From NCBI GenBank assembly GCA_973851085.1, contig OZ316775.1, positions 6,944,001 to 7,008,000 of the forward strand: 64,000 nt of DNA, given 5' to 3'. Each line of letters opens with the position of its first letter. Position 1 is the first letter of the stretch. Positions 25,822 to 40,200 of the stretch are shown piece by piece. The position numbers were made by a program, and so were the translations under genes. Source of the DNA: Ptychomitrium polyphyllum (lineage: Eukaryota). Under the pieces are notes generated by a model. It searched no databases. It worked only from the letters and a program-made list of their open reading frames with translations, and was not told the DNA's origin.

Positions 25822-28064
25822 CGCTCCTAGGAAACGCCCCACATTTGTCTTTGGCATGTGAGGTACTGTATCAATATAGAGGGGATGGTGCATAGCTTAC
25901 AGTCACAGGAAAGTTTGGAGGTCATTATTGTGCACCTTTTCTGAATTATTTTGGGGTTGTGGTCTTTGTTCAAAGGCTATAAGATTGATAGTGTTGCTCG
26001 ACTTCTATGCTACTTAGATGTACAGTTTATAGGCTATGCAGGCATATTCATGGGCACTACCTGTGGCAAAGAATCCCGTTTGGTGATTATGGTGAGCCTC
26101 TTACGGATAATCGCGGCAAAGGTCAGAGAAATGCACGTCATTCTACAATTTATTTCATGTACTTGCCAAGGAAATCACTTATTTCAATTACCTTGAAGGA
26201 CAGCTGATTGTGATGAAGATGGAAGAAGAGACTAGTAGAAGAAACAAACAAATGGATTTGGAAACCTTCTTTATTGCACTTAGGAGGGGAATTTATTCCT
26301 TGATTTAGTAAACAAGGATAAAGTCAATTGATCCTATAGAAACTAATGCAACAAGAAGTAGATGGATTGAAGATTTTTTTCAAATTATAAATGTATTTTT
26401 GAGGCAATTGTGAAGATGTATTTTCAAATATTTGTTAAGAAGGTTTATTATATTAATAGGATGAAAAATAATGAGTGAATTACCATTCACTTTATATGAC
26501 TAGTGAAGGGAAGAATGTTGCAAATTGGTTACTTCAGTAATACTGAATGTAATTGACAAAAAAGAATCATAATATATTAGGAGTAAGATATGCAAGTTTG
26601 GAGAATGACTTAACATTCTTTTTGATTTTATAAGTTTTTATGATTTTCATTGTTCTATGTTTGAGAAATATTTAAGTTGTGTAATTTGGATGTTCAATGC
26701 TTATTTGTTCAAAACACCATAAAATTCTTAGAACCTCAGATATGATTTTGCAAGATCCTAAAGTAATGTAAGGAGGCTTTCATTCAAGATTATATAGAAT
26801 TGACATCTAATATCAATTACAATAATAAACCAAAGTGTATTTCAATCAATAGTTTTGCTTTACTTCAATTCATTGTGAAAGGAGTATGAATATGTTATGA
26901 AGTTTAATTTAAAATTAAAAAAATGGTTTAGCCATATGCGTAAAAATAAAATAAATTATTGTGTATTCAAATTTAGAAAAGGGTAATAATCATTTGTAAT
27001 AAAAGAACATTTATGTTACAAAACTTGCAAGTTTATAATATTAAAATACAAAAGCTATAATTACTTATTTGAAATTCTAAAGTTTTTACAAAGAATTGTA
27101 CAGTAGAAGATAATTTATAGTCATATTCATCATATGGGTCTTTTCCTTAGTGATAGGGATTTATGTACTCATGTTTAAAAAATTAGACCTATATTATTTG
27201 ATGTTGATGAATTTATTATTAATGATTTAGATGAATGTTTTAGAAGAAATATTTAATAAAATTCCTCAAAATAAATCTTTTAAACAATCATTTAGTCCAA
27301 ATTTCAAACTTACACATTGGGTTAGAGCTTCTAAAAGTATTGGAAGTTTGCCCAATAGTCACATAAATAGGTTGTTTAAACAAGTTTTATAGTATGAAGG
27401 ATATTCCTTTTAAATTAAGTTTTAATATAAAAAAATATAAAAAGTCTTTTTGTAATGAAGGTGATGGGAGACAAATACAAGGTAATTCAACTATTGCTTT
27501 GAAGTATTTGTTATTATAAAGGATTTTAGATAAGAACTTTATATTAGGACCTTCAAATGAATACATCAATCCAAGAGTATGTTTCATTGTTGCAATAAGA
27601 AAATGGTGGGATCTAATGTAGGTGTATTTTACATATCAATGCTTTAATAAAAATGTATTCTAATAAAAAGTACATAATTTTATTGTAAAATATTGACTTA
27701 TTTTAATTATAGATTTTACAATTTGTGTAAATAAATGTCATACTTGTTTGTTTTTATATCAATATTATGTTCACCATAAAATACTACTTAGAAACACGTA
27801 AACTTTGAACATGACAAAGATTGTCTTAAGTTATCTTCAATTATATAGTGATAAAACATCTTTGTCTATTAATAGAAATGAGGCTAAATATCTCTTTTAT
27901 TGCTAACATTGCATCAAAGATAAATATATTTTTAAAAGTCATTTTTTATTAATGCTCATTGTGAATTTACCACTTGACCATTGTTAAGTTGATTCTAAAT
28001 ATTTATTTTAATATTGAACTTTCGAATTGTTGTCAATGTAATGAATTGTCTTTGTAAAATATTT

Positions 28065-28142
28065 ATTATATACATACATATATATATATATATATAAAAT
28101 AAATGTATTATATATATGTATATAAATATATGTGTATATGTA
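28065..28142. repeat. (TA)n-rich imperfect microsatellite
   Basis: tatatacatacatatatatatatatatata...tatatatatgtatataaatatatgtgtatatg. Confidence 0.8.
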
Positions 28143-31100
28143 TCAAATAAATGCATTATTGAATATTTAAAGAGGCTTTATAATTATTTCATAGTACAAC
28201 ATCGATGCCATTTGAAAAAATAATTTATAAAGATATGTTTGTATTACAAGGAATGGCATGAAATAGTCTATTAAAATTGCATTTAGTGCATCTAATGTCA
28301 ATTTTTTTTTTAATGTTTTGCCTTCATTTTAGAAATATATGTTTTTTGCTTTTGATTTAAAAGACGCCATTTATATTTTTATTTGATAATTACAAAATAG
28401 ATGTATATTTTTTGTTTAAAACTTGAAAAAAAAAATTCTATTTAACAACATTTAGCACTTCATCAATTTACATTATACCATAGAAATAAATAACTTATTA
28501 GTATGTAGGATAGAACTTTATTTTAAGATAGCTACTCTTTTAAAAATCCTTATCTTGCCATTAACATCAACATGTTATATTAAGTTGATTTGAACATTTT
28601 AAAAGCACTTATAAATATTATAGTCAACATATCTAAAGTATTCAATATTAATCTTCTCTCTAGTTTGATCAAAAAGCTTTCAATAATATAAAGTTAGGTC
28701 AATTCTTTCATTATTGACATTTTAATATTAAAAAAAATATTTTTATGTTTAATTGTTAATTTGCAACATCTGAATATTGTTGCAATATGTAAGAATATAC
28801 TTATTCAATCTTAATAAAATTTTGAATTTTTGCATACATCATATATTGCATCATTTTAATTTTTTTTATAATATAAATGTTTACAAATAAATATTAAGTA
28901 TAAGATAATTATTGTTAACTAATCTTTCTTAATTAAATACTTATTACTTACATGATAGGTCTATTTTCTACCTTCTTTATAAAAGTTTGTGTAGATTATT
29001 TTAAAGAGTATGAAATAACATGTAGTTTAAAAATATTTATCAATGAATCATTACAAACAATGTTTCAAAAAAGTATTGATTGTAGAAAATTGCATAATGA
29101 GGTACATAATTTTTAATATCAATCTTCAACCAGAAATGGATGTATTTCAAAAAAATAATATAAAAATCATTCAATTTTTAAAAGTATGTATATTTAAAAA
29201 AATCATTTTTTAAATTTAAATTTAAATTTTTTTAAACACGATTTATTGAAAATTGCAAGCTTAGTTAGTTTTTAAAGAAACATAATCTTTATGATCTTTG
29301 ATAGAAAAGCATAAATAAAAATAATAAAAAAACTTAGTATGTTTTTAAAAACCTAGATTTTTTAAACATATGTTTTTTAATTTAGATTTATAATTTATAA
29401 AAATAATTTGTAAATGTATCTATGGCCAATTTTTATCTTAATATATTATATTATATTAAAAATTGTACATGTTTTTTGTCAATCTTTTGTTTTAGTAGTT
29501 TCTTATTAAAATAATATTATATATATATATAGTGTGAAACAATTAACTTGTTTTTCCTATTCTAAAGCAATAGAATCATTTTAGAGTGGTAGAGTTAAGG
29601 AACTTGATAAAAGTATGAATCAATTTGATGAAAGTTCATGCCATAATGCATTACAAATTTTGATTTAACAATCAAGAAATCTTCTTGATTGAAGCACAAA
29701 TATGTACAAACACTTGCATATTATTTTGATGAAAATATTGTGCAAAGCCAACAATAAAAGAAATCACATTAAATGAAATATAATCAAAGGCTTGAAGCAT
29801 TAAGAAATGATGCAATAAAGAATAATGAAAATTTTAATTTCAATTGAAAAGAATCCAACATTGGATATAGTATGTCAAAATTACATATACTCCTAGAACA
29901 TATGGATATGTTTGGTGCTATGGACTAAAATAAATGATCCAAAAGTATAATATATTAAGAACTTTCAACTAGAAATTTGCACCAAATTGAAGATGTTTTT
30001 GGAAAAGTACATGAATCAACATAATTTGGAAGAAGTTCAAATTTGTTCAATTTTTTTTAATCTATCATTGGGATTTTTTTTAAAAGAAATTGAATTAAGA
30101 GATTTTTAATTAAACTGCTTGTATATTGTGATTACAAACACTTTTCATTTAGATATTTTAGTGACCTAGTTCAAGCAACAAATATAATGATGCCCAAATA
30201 TTTACACATGTTATATCTTTTTATTTACTACAAATGTATAAAGAAAGAATATGAGATACATTGATTAAATGTTCCATATTGAAGTAACTTGAGAATGATA
30301 ATGGATCATATAGTGGTAGCTATATATTATTCATATAGAAATTGCTTTATTTATGAAGGCTATTTATATTGTCCTACACTTTTTTTAAATTATTATAGGT
30401 CTACAAAGTGAACGTGTTCTATATGGAAATTAAAATTAAGGATTTAGCAATGTCAAAGCATTAATTGGTATTTGTATTGCATACTATCAATATTCCTTCA
30501 GCTCATGCAGTTCCAATGGAAAACAATTATGTATTATTGTAAAGGTACTATTACAAGTATACTACAAGCATATCAAAAATGTCTAATTATATTAAGTGCA
30601 ACAATCCTGCATCACTGGCTCATCGCAATAATAACTAAGGAGTATTGCAACGTGTATGTTTGCCACAGTACTTCGGCAGAAGCTGCTAACTACAGTGCAA
30701 GTATTGCAAGAGTAGTGCAATAGGAATGCAGGAGTGGACCAGCACTTTTCTGATGTAGGAGCACCACAGTTATCATCTCGTAGGCACATCTATCAACAGG
30801 ATAGTGCTTATATCCAGAATGAAGCATACCGCACACAAGGGTTCAGTGACTCCTACACCACCCTCATACCTCATCTACAGTGGCAAATTGATTTAGGGCA
30901 CATACAATTCTAATCTCATGTAACGTCAGATACATACAAAAGACCCGTCAGATGTGCCAACAGAAAAATGGGTTCACAGAATACAGTACAAACCATGTTG
31001 CAAAGTAAAATAAAAGAATAAAGACATTGCCGGCTGGCGCTTGCAATTGAAGGAGCCCTATTTATATCATGAGGGCCCTGGCGCAATAGCTGCACAACGA

Positions 31101-31782
31101 ACTAACCTTCCCTAGCAGCACTAGCAAGAAAGGAAGGGGCCCTTCCACAAACCCCCTTCCAATCCTTCAAAACCAACGTCTTGCCACGAGACCTACACAT
31201 GCCAGTCTGTACACTTCGGAACGAAGGACACTTGCTCTTTATACACGCCCGTTACAGCTAACTCCTGCCTCAACCCTTTCCTTCCCTTCACACGAGTCTA
31301 ACGTTGCCCCCTACCCATTCACACTGTCCCATGTCCGACCGTCCCACCTGAAATCACACACTACCAGGGAGAGACAAGGGGTGGATGCGAGAGCCCGGAG
31401 CGCCGACAATCCTCCCGCCGCTCCCAACCCCCAATATATAGAGCTATTGACACTACCGACACCAACCCGCACCAGATAACTTACATGCCCATACGACTTG
31501 CAATACAATCACCCAGCCTCTCTCTAGACCTTCAAACACAAGCTGAATACAATCCTACACGATTACACTATTTACTGCTCACAATTGCTCACTGCCTGCT
31601 GGAGCACTTGCCTTCCACTTTAAAGCTTGCACACATTCTGCTCAACAAAAAAGAAACTCTTTCATAGAACTGGGGCACGACACGGAAAGCACGCTAACTT
31701 CTCGTCCTCCAGAAAACAGTGCAATACGAGACCCTCCCTCTTTTCAGAAAAGCCAGCATCGTCCAAGGTCTCCAGCAGAGAC

Positions 31783-34700
31783 TCAGGTAGCCAAACTATG
31801 TGCCATGTACGCAGCACTCCGTCTCTCTGCACATAAATGCAACTCCACTTAGTAAAGGACCTCAGCTGGCCACAATTGGACACTGCTGGCTTCAAAATTA
31901 CTTAGGTACATCATATTACAAGCACGGCATGCATCGTGAAACCACCACCTAGCACTTCATGCGATTCTCATTTGGCGTCATTCTACTACCAATGGAAACA
32001 TACGACTCACCTCCTGCAGCGACAAGCTTCTCCACCCGTGCAACAATGTGCTTGCCATACGTGTACTTCTTCAGCGCATGCAGGTGCACCCGGATGCGGC
32101 CCAGCAGCAGCTCGCGCTGAGACTCATCGCACGTTTCCAGTACCTTCTGGACCACGTAGTTTGCAAATTGATCTTTCATCATTGCCTGCGTAAGCAAAAA
32201 GCCCCAACCCAAGACGTTTGTATAGTCATTATCCACCATATCAGATATGATAAGCAGCCAGTGCAATGTGACATTCACACCACAAGCCATCACACATCAA
32301 ACTCATGTGGATCTTCCTATCATAAGCGACTCCCTCAACAAACCAGTTCACATACAAAGCATACTTCAAGCAAGAAACTATGCTCAACCAGCCAGAAACC
32401 CAAAGTTGTAGTCTTCCGCCACGTTCAGGACCATGCACCAAGCATTTCTCAGTCAACCTTAGCTCGTACCTGAAGTGGCTCGTTCTCATCGGTTAACCCA
32501 AGCATTTCATCGATCAAAATCTGCCGCTCCACTGGGCCACCATACTCCAGGCACTTCTCCACCACGTTTGATGCGAACTTGTGTTGACTCATTTGTACAA
32601 TTTGCCCCGCCAGCTTGGTTATGATCTCCCTTCGTTCGCCGTCCCGTCCGTGCTCAAGCACATGCTGAGTCATCATTCAACAACCACCCGCAAGCGTCAA
32701 AAGGTCAGCAAACGCATGTCAAACAGAGGCTACAGCTAAAACAACCTCCGCTTAGGCACATTTGCAACTTTAACTAGACGTCATCACAATCTTGGCTGAG
32801 ACAATAGTAGTCACATACAAGACTTAAGCGGCCAAACAAACACTAATTTCGAGACTTCAGCCTCAAATCAATATCAAGGCTTCCAATTGATTCTAATAGA
32901 AACATTAGAATCCAAGCAGCGACTAGGAAATGACAACCCACACTTCACAACACTGACCTGTACAACATAATTGCCGTACTGATCTTGAGCAAGAGCGCAT
33001 GTGGAACGTAAAATCTCTTCCATGATCCCCTTCTGCTTCTGCTCGTCAGTACAGTGCTCCAGAACCCTCTGAAATGACAAAAAATCCCAAGAATCGACAG
33101 ATTTGTGGATCAGCAATACGTACCAGTTCAAGCTACCAAAGACCACAACCATAAACACAATAGTAACCAAAGCCGAGTATAAAACTAAGTAACTCGTCCT
33201 TTGCGAGTAGCGAGCGTCCAATGAATTAGCTATTTACCTGTATAACCCGGCATCCGTAAGGATGCGTCGAAAGAGTCACCACCTGATTGTAAAACGCAGA
33301 AATTATAAAATGGATTTTGTCAGGTGGCACACACTCGATGCACTTCTGGATCACATGATTCCCATTCTGATCCCGCACACACCGCATCACATGTCCATCC
33401 AACTCTGTCACCAACTGAGTCTGTTGATCCACATCCACCACCTCTAGGGCCTGATCGCATCATACATCAATAACCCTTATCAGACAATAGAAAAAAAGGC
33501 ACCCTCACCAGTTCCCAGTAATCCATTCTGAAAACTTAGCCTCGTTCGATTCACAAAAACCGTCCTCAGCTTGAAACCACAGCCGCTACTATACATGTCA
33601 AAGTTCATCCAGGCACCATACCTTCTGAATCACCCTACAACCGTACATCTGAAGACTCAGCACCAGCACATACCCCACCAACTGATTTGCCAACTCCCTT
33701 CTCTGCTGCTGAGTACCGTGCTCAAAAAACTGCATCAATAGTACAAGTCAAGCTCAGAACTCATATAACCAAGAGCAAAAGTCCCACCAACAGCAGGAAC
33801 CTCCGTCACAGTTCCCTCGTCAGAACCACCCCTATACTAAAACACACAAAACATCGGCTATCCAGATCGTATCATGCAACTCCTACCTTTTGGATCACAT
33901 AGTTCCCGAAAACATCGGTCATCAGCGTCAGAGCACGTGGAAGCACTTCCTGAAAAACCATGTTCTTGTCCTCTGGAGTTGCAGTTTCCAGTTTCTGCTG
34001 AATAAACCTACTCCCGTGCTGATCGGCACTGCAATCCAATGCATATATCTCTATCATCAAACACATTTGAATACACCGCACATCACTAAGCGACACAAGT
34101 AATCAAATGAACTCTGCAGCAACTTTCACGCCAGCTTCTAATCATCACAACTTTGAACCCAAATCACCAACCCTGTAGCAGAAACGAGCATGCCAACCTC
34201 CCATACCTGAACTCCACAACGTGCCCTGCAATGTCCGACAGCTCAAATCGCCGAGTCTTACTGTTCTTGAATTCTTCAAGTAAAGTCGACCCTCGTACCT
34301 CCTCTGTCGTGTCACTTACCTTCTGCCCCTGCCACCCTACATAACCCCCGCCGCCAGCAGACCCCATATTCCCGGAACTCGTCCTAGAAGCCGAAGACAA
34401 CCGTATGCTGCGCTCGTCTCGCCGCACTCCAAAAGTTCCCGGCCCCACTGGTGACCCTGGCAGCACGGGGCTTGTCAGTGGTGAGTTGTTAAATGGCACT
34501 CCAGGAGGACTCCCATAGTAGGCTGGGCTCACCGAACCACTCTTTTGACTCGAGATAGGAATTCCCATCGATCCCGTCCTCGCAAACTGTGACTTCTGCT
34601 CTGCACTGTAACCCAGCATTGCATTCAGCTGGTTTTTCTGCAGCTCTACCATATCCACATGACCTCCACTAACATAATTTCTCAATAAAGACGGGTCCAA

Positions 34701-37240
34701 AGCAGCTGCGCGTGCCTCCTCTGCAGCCCGCATGTACTGCAAATAAATAGGATCGTGAATCTGCGGGGATGCTCCACCTGCATACTTGTAAAGATTCTGC
34801 ATATCCACAGCGGCTTGGGCTGGAGAACCAGGCACACCGGCTCTCACACCCATGCTTGCAAGGGCAGCTGCAGTTGCCGGATCAAATACCGGAGGCGGGT
34901 ACCCGGCCATCATGGGGTTAAGCATTGCCGGATTTACGGGATAACCACCCAGCCCATACTGCGGTCCATAAACGGCTGCGGAGTTCATGTTCGCATAGTA
35001 CGGGTTCTGCTGCGCCATGTACACTGCGGCAGCTGCTGCAGCGTACATGTTCGCCGGGTTTGTGTTGCCCTGCAGATTGCCTTGCAAACCCGCTGCTTGA
35101 GCTTGTTGGCTTGCCATGCCAGGCACCCCAAACTTCGGCTGACCACGAAATCCAGAATCCACACCCGAATAAAGCTGCTGCTGTTGTAATGCCTGAGAAT
35201 ATGCCAACGCCTGAAATCAAGCACATGAGAAGTTTCTCAAACTCCATTACATCTCAGATTAAGCCCCCTTACACAATTACAGAACTTATGAGCACACTTC
35301 TCACCAGATAAACGCAGTACGACCCTTACATTTGCAATACTAAACATTAAGTGAAACAAACCTGGGCTGCCTGCGCCTGAGCCTGAGCTTGTGCCTGAGC
35401 AGCTATTTGTGCCCGCTGCTGCTGCTGTTGCTGCTGCTGTTGTTGTTGTTGCTGCTGCTGCTGCTGAAGCCGCACCTGCTGTTGCTCCTGCTGCTGTTGC
35501 AGTTGCAGTTGCTGCTGAAGGTGCAGCTGCTGCTGTTGTTGCAGCTCCCTCTCATCCATTGCACTCGTCGATCCCTGCACGTCCGACATACTCAACCCTT
35601 GCATCACTGCTACCAGATCCGCATTGCTCGCACTCGCCGACCTGTTCATCTGCAGTGCGTGGGCGAAATCCGCGGCGCTTGCACTCGCGGCCCGACCCAG
35701 CCCCATGTTCCTTCCATCCGAGCCCTGGAACCCCATGCTTCCTCCCGAAAGCCCTGATATCACAACCCCGCCCCCTCATCTCACAACGTCAGCCCAACTT
35801 TCCCCTCCTCAACCTCCGCCTCCACTCCCACATCACCAATGCACGAAAACACACAACCCCGCCCCGCCCTCCTCTTGCACCCACCACTCCGCGCATGCAC
35901 ATTCCACGCAACAGGCAGACACGCTGTACCTGGTGGCCCGCCCATCCTCGCCAGGCTCGGACTCGCGGAGCGAACATTGCCGCCCAGCGAAATCTCCGGT
36001 GTCGGAATCCTTGGCACGGGAGCTGCGGGACCCGAAGACTGGTGCAGATTCGACCCTCCGGGAATGGGAGTCGTCGACCGGGATCCCGTGCCACCTCCCG
36101 CGCCACTCGCCTCCCCCGGGGCCGACTCCCGCAGATGAGCCAGTTGCAGCTCCAACACCGCCGCCGCGGCCTCGTTCTCGTCGTTCGCCGCTCGGCTCGA
36201 CGACCGAGACAGGTGGTACACGGGAGACGGCGTTCGCGGGAAATCCTCCTGTCAACGTCCCACATGTGCACATTCTCAGATACCACTCCATCCACCATTT
36301 TGCTCGATACCACTACGTACACCGCCGTCGCCAATCCCCACCTTCCGGGAGGCGTTCCTCGCCCCTCCGCTCCGCCTCACGCCACAGAACTCACCCTCCA
36401 CTCCTATGCCACTACCACTATCACCACACCTCACCCGGAACCCCTCCCCACAACCCTAACCAACCACTCAAGCACCAACACACCGACTCGTCCATCCAGC
36501 CCTACAGCCGCCTGCACCACTAGCTCATGTACCTGAATCAGATCCACCAGGCTCTTAGGGCGGGGCCCCAGTCCCGACGACAGCCCCATGAAACCATCCC
36601 TCCTCTCTGCCCAGTCGCTCGACGCCGTTCTCGCCAGGGCGCCCATCGGCGAGTTCGCTGAGCTCTCCTCCTCTGCAGCCTCCGGCTCCTCCCTGTGTGT
36701 CGGCAACACCGGCTGGCTCGAAAACAACGACCTGCTGCTGCTGTCGTCCATCGACCGCAGCTTCTTCTTGTCCCCGTACCCGCCGGCTCCCAATCCCGAT
36801 TGCAGCCTCTGTGCCAGTCGATAATTGTCCCACGATATCAGCGGCGGGGGCAGCCTCGGATTCAGGTTGATGTTGCTGTAGTAGTACACCAGATACTCGG
36901 GATCCGCGCGCTGCGCTTCCTCCGCATCCAAAACGTCGTCGCCTCCCGACTGGGCGCTCAAGCCGCGCCCGCCGTTCGGGCTCGTCGGCATGTCGAACAG
37001 CCCACCCATCGCCGCCAGTGACCCCTCCACGCTGGGGGGGGCGCTGCCGCTCCGCTGCGGTACGTGCCCCGAATTCAAGACGTTGTCGAACCGGGTCCGC
37101 CCTTTCAGAAGGCGGCCCAACTCGGTCATTCCATCCAGAGTCGGCGAGCTTCCGTTCTCTGCCCTCAAGCCTTCTGCAAGCCCTCCCATGTTCCTCCTCA
37201 CCCCTCCTGCCATCACCCTGATAGGGCTCTCTGTCGCCAT
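31783..37240 (-). CDS. PUM: Pumilio/PUF RNA-binding protein (APUM1-6 type) with 8 PUF repeats
   Basis: 11 phase-consistent exons: 37240-36533, 36248-35930, 35753-35362, 35210-34207, 34028-33887, 33729-33622, 33450-33238, 33068-32958, 32664-32470, 32185-32011, 31826-31783. N-terminus [55 protein letters not shown]. Repeat motifs SRFIQ, NYVIQ, CRVIQ, NHVIQ, CRVIQ, NYVVQ, SNVVE, NYVVQ match the canonical UGUANAUA code. Ends [32 protein letters not shown]. Confidence 0.95.
35362..35545 (-). repeat. Coding CAG/CAA polyglutamine and (QA)n tract within PUM exon 3
   Basis: Encodes [26 protein letters not shown], then a pure Q run, then [18 protein letters not shown]. Confidence 0.95.
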
Positions 37241-40200
37241 TCCCCTGTACACTCACTTTCACTACTATTCACATCTCATCAGTAAGATCGCAAATGTTAA
37301 GCATTGACCGTCCACCTCGCCTCTCTTGGTCGTCACCGATATGTTGCCAAATGCAATCAAAACCTGCCAATATCCTAGAAGGTAGACGTCTTGTTACAAG
37401 CAATCTGCTGTTCTTCGAATTTCTTCGATGCCAACTTGATGACCCAGCTACACGCCTCCAATCTCTGCAAATAGCTCAGCCTGTTAGGTCATATTGTGAG
37501 TAGAACGCCGTCGTCCAGAGAATCATCGCCTACACCTGACGAGGTGAATACAGAGATTTATGTAACCATGAATACCAGAACCTCGCCTACACTATTCATG
37601 AAATACCACCAACTGCTGTCGCTCGAGATTGAACATAAAACTCTGTCATAGTTGCTAAAGCCGTGATAGATTTTCAGAAACCGAATTGCTGCAAAGTTGA
37701 ACAGTACAAGTCGTTCAGAATTACACTAGTGACGAAGGCTCCATGGACGGCTCGCAAGTCTCCCACGAGTCTAAAGGGAGAAGTTCATATCGCTTTATAA
37801 AGCCTAAACAGTCTTGTGCTTAAACCTAAGCCTAAAAAGGACCTATACTGAGCTGCAACTGCGCTGAAGAGTGATGCCAATTACTGACAAACCGAACAGG
37901 AAATCGGCAACTGGAGGAATGTGCTGTCGAAGATTTCAGCAAGACCAGACAAAATTTCATACTACAGGACTGACATCGCGCAAAACTTCCACATGTCCGA
38001 CGTAAGAAATTCAGAATTAACAAAGCCTTTGCACCAGATTCCATAGATCTCATTGTCGACGAAATCAACGGTATTACGCAGTTCCTAAAGACAAATCTCA
38101 AACACCTCAGGCGTCGACTTCTTTTACGCGATTCGTCGCACAAAATGGCCGCACCAAAAGAACGGCAATTCGAGCACCTTTGTACACAAGCGCGGAGTTC
38201 TCAAATTCCTTCGCCCCAGCCACAGCGATTACAAAAGCGCAGACAGTGACTAATCTAGGCTGGCTGTCCGGTGCACATTCAAACTCAATCCACAGCTCTC
38301 ACGCGCCGCAGCCTCATAACACTCCACCGATACATCCAATCTGAACTCCGCACTCCCGTTCAACAAAACTCGGTCGTATTCAGTCATTTAAAATAACGAA
38401 AGAGACCTATCCCCTCGGAGCGGAGCAATCTCCCCGAAGCGCCGTGATGACCACACCGAACACCACGAGGAAGGCATAAAGATTTAGGGCACAAGAAACA
38501 GAAAAACGCAGAAAGCAAAATCAGGCAGCTACCATGAACCTCACACCAACCTGGCACGCCACGCTCTGCGATCGCTCCGCTACCGAGGCTCCCGCCAGGG
38601 GCTAGGAAGAGAGCGAGGCCCCGGTGCCCAGCCCGGCAGTGGTCGGCAACGAGGTGCGTGTGCCTCGCGTGGCGATGGCGCGGCACCTCGCAGCACGCCC
38701 CTCGCTCCCCGCAGCGCCCCCCACCTCCCCCGCCCTCCGCCTCGGCCTCCGCCCGCCGTCCGATGGCCCATCCACGGCCCTCGCTGCTCCTCGCTGGCCA
38801 CCATTCGTGTTCCCGCACCGTGTTAGGGAAACGGTACCTTGCACCCTCGCTGCCCCTTTCCCCTGCCCTACGCCCGTCGCCGGTGGTGCTCCGCCGTCCG
38901 ATCCCCTCCGCTCTTGACGCCGCCCCGTCGATGGTCGCATCGGCGCCCTTGCAGAGAGGGGCATTAAGCCGCGCGCTAGTCAAGGCGGTAATCGTACTTA
39001 GCAGTGAGGGAGACTACTGGTACAATGAGTATCAAAAGACGTGGGTCGTTTTGGTTTCCCTCTCTGATTTTTATTTACTTTTTAAAATTTCGGGTCATCT
39101 CACGTGGGGGGTACTAGCAAGGTGCACTTAGCACTGAGCACTTAGCAGTGGAGAAGGCAATGCAGGGCTTGTACCGTCTGAGATTTGCTCCGCAGTCGCT
39201 GACTAGGCCCATTTTCTTGACGTGGACAGGCACTTGTAACGGAATCAAGGATGTGAGAGGCACGTCATGGGTGGATCTGCTCTTTAAGATCCATCACAGT
39301 CTAGTCTTGTACCAGCATCAGATTTTCTAGTTCAGGTATGAGTACCTCTGCTGACTGCCTAGAGAATCTACCAAAGGAACATCTCAATATCATGAGGATT
39401 GTTGTGATTGGCGCTTGATTGCAAGCATAACTGGTATACTTTTGGAACCACTCACTGTAATTGACCTTCTGCAAGTGTGAATTTTAGGGAAGACAAAGAA
39501 ATTAAATAATAAGCTTAAATTTCTAATCATATTAGTAATGATTCATATTCATAAAGGAGCCAAATTATATATAATAGGATGATTTTATTTTTTTGAGTTT
39601 TTCATGTTTTACAATGAAAGGAGTAGTCTTTTTAAGATGAATTTTGAAAGGGTTGACAACTTACTAACATGAAGTTGCAATAAAAAAACAAAACTGTAGA
39701 TGTTGAAATGAAATTCATTCCTTTACTACGTTACAAATGCTAATAGCAATTTGCAAATCATAGGATTATTTAAAGATATATTGTTGTGATTTTATTCAAT
39801 AGGATATGTAAATATTACACAAAATTCTATTTTAAATGCAATTGTCAACCTCAAGTAATGATTGAAAGCAAATATTGTCTCCTGATATATTTGGTATTAG
39901 TTGTTGGAAGTATTCTTTTATTAAAAAAGAGGTAGAATAGTGTTCTGGTGTTATCTTTTGCTCACATGTATATTTATACTTCATTGGTACTTGAAGAAGA
40001 TTCTATTATACTTGTAAAGGTCAATATAATAAATTTTGCACTCATTTTGGAAAAATATTGCATTTTGAGGTGTTTTTTGAAGCTTACTTATATGTTGCAA
40101 TTGCAAATTTTCAAACATTGTCAATACCATAATAAACTTTAGTTGAAATTTTAAGTGGATAAAAATATAGGAGTTTTCATACTTGTTAATTACTTGGTTT

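Noticed and set aside
30700..31780. Pumilio autoregulatory elements in the PUM 3' region
   Set aside because: Many UGUA cores on the minus strand, but I found no perfect UGUANAUA.
35391..36536. 381-aa and 299-aa plus-strand ORFs
   Set aside because: Antisense shadows of GC-rich, low-complexity PUM exons and introns; the poly-Ala and poly-Leu runs come from the CAG repeat.
38384..39131. Overlapping 100-200 aa ORFs upstream of PUM, and similar ones at 18.4-20.0 kb, 43.4-44.0 kb and 52.6-53.4 kb
   Set aside because: They are open in several frames at once in GC-rich promoter or UTR DNA and show no protein motifs.
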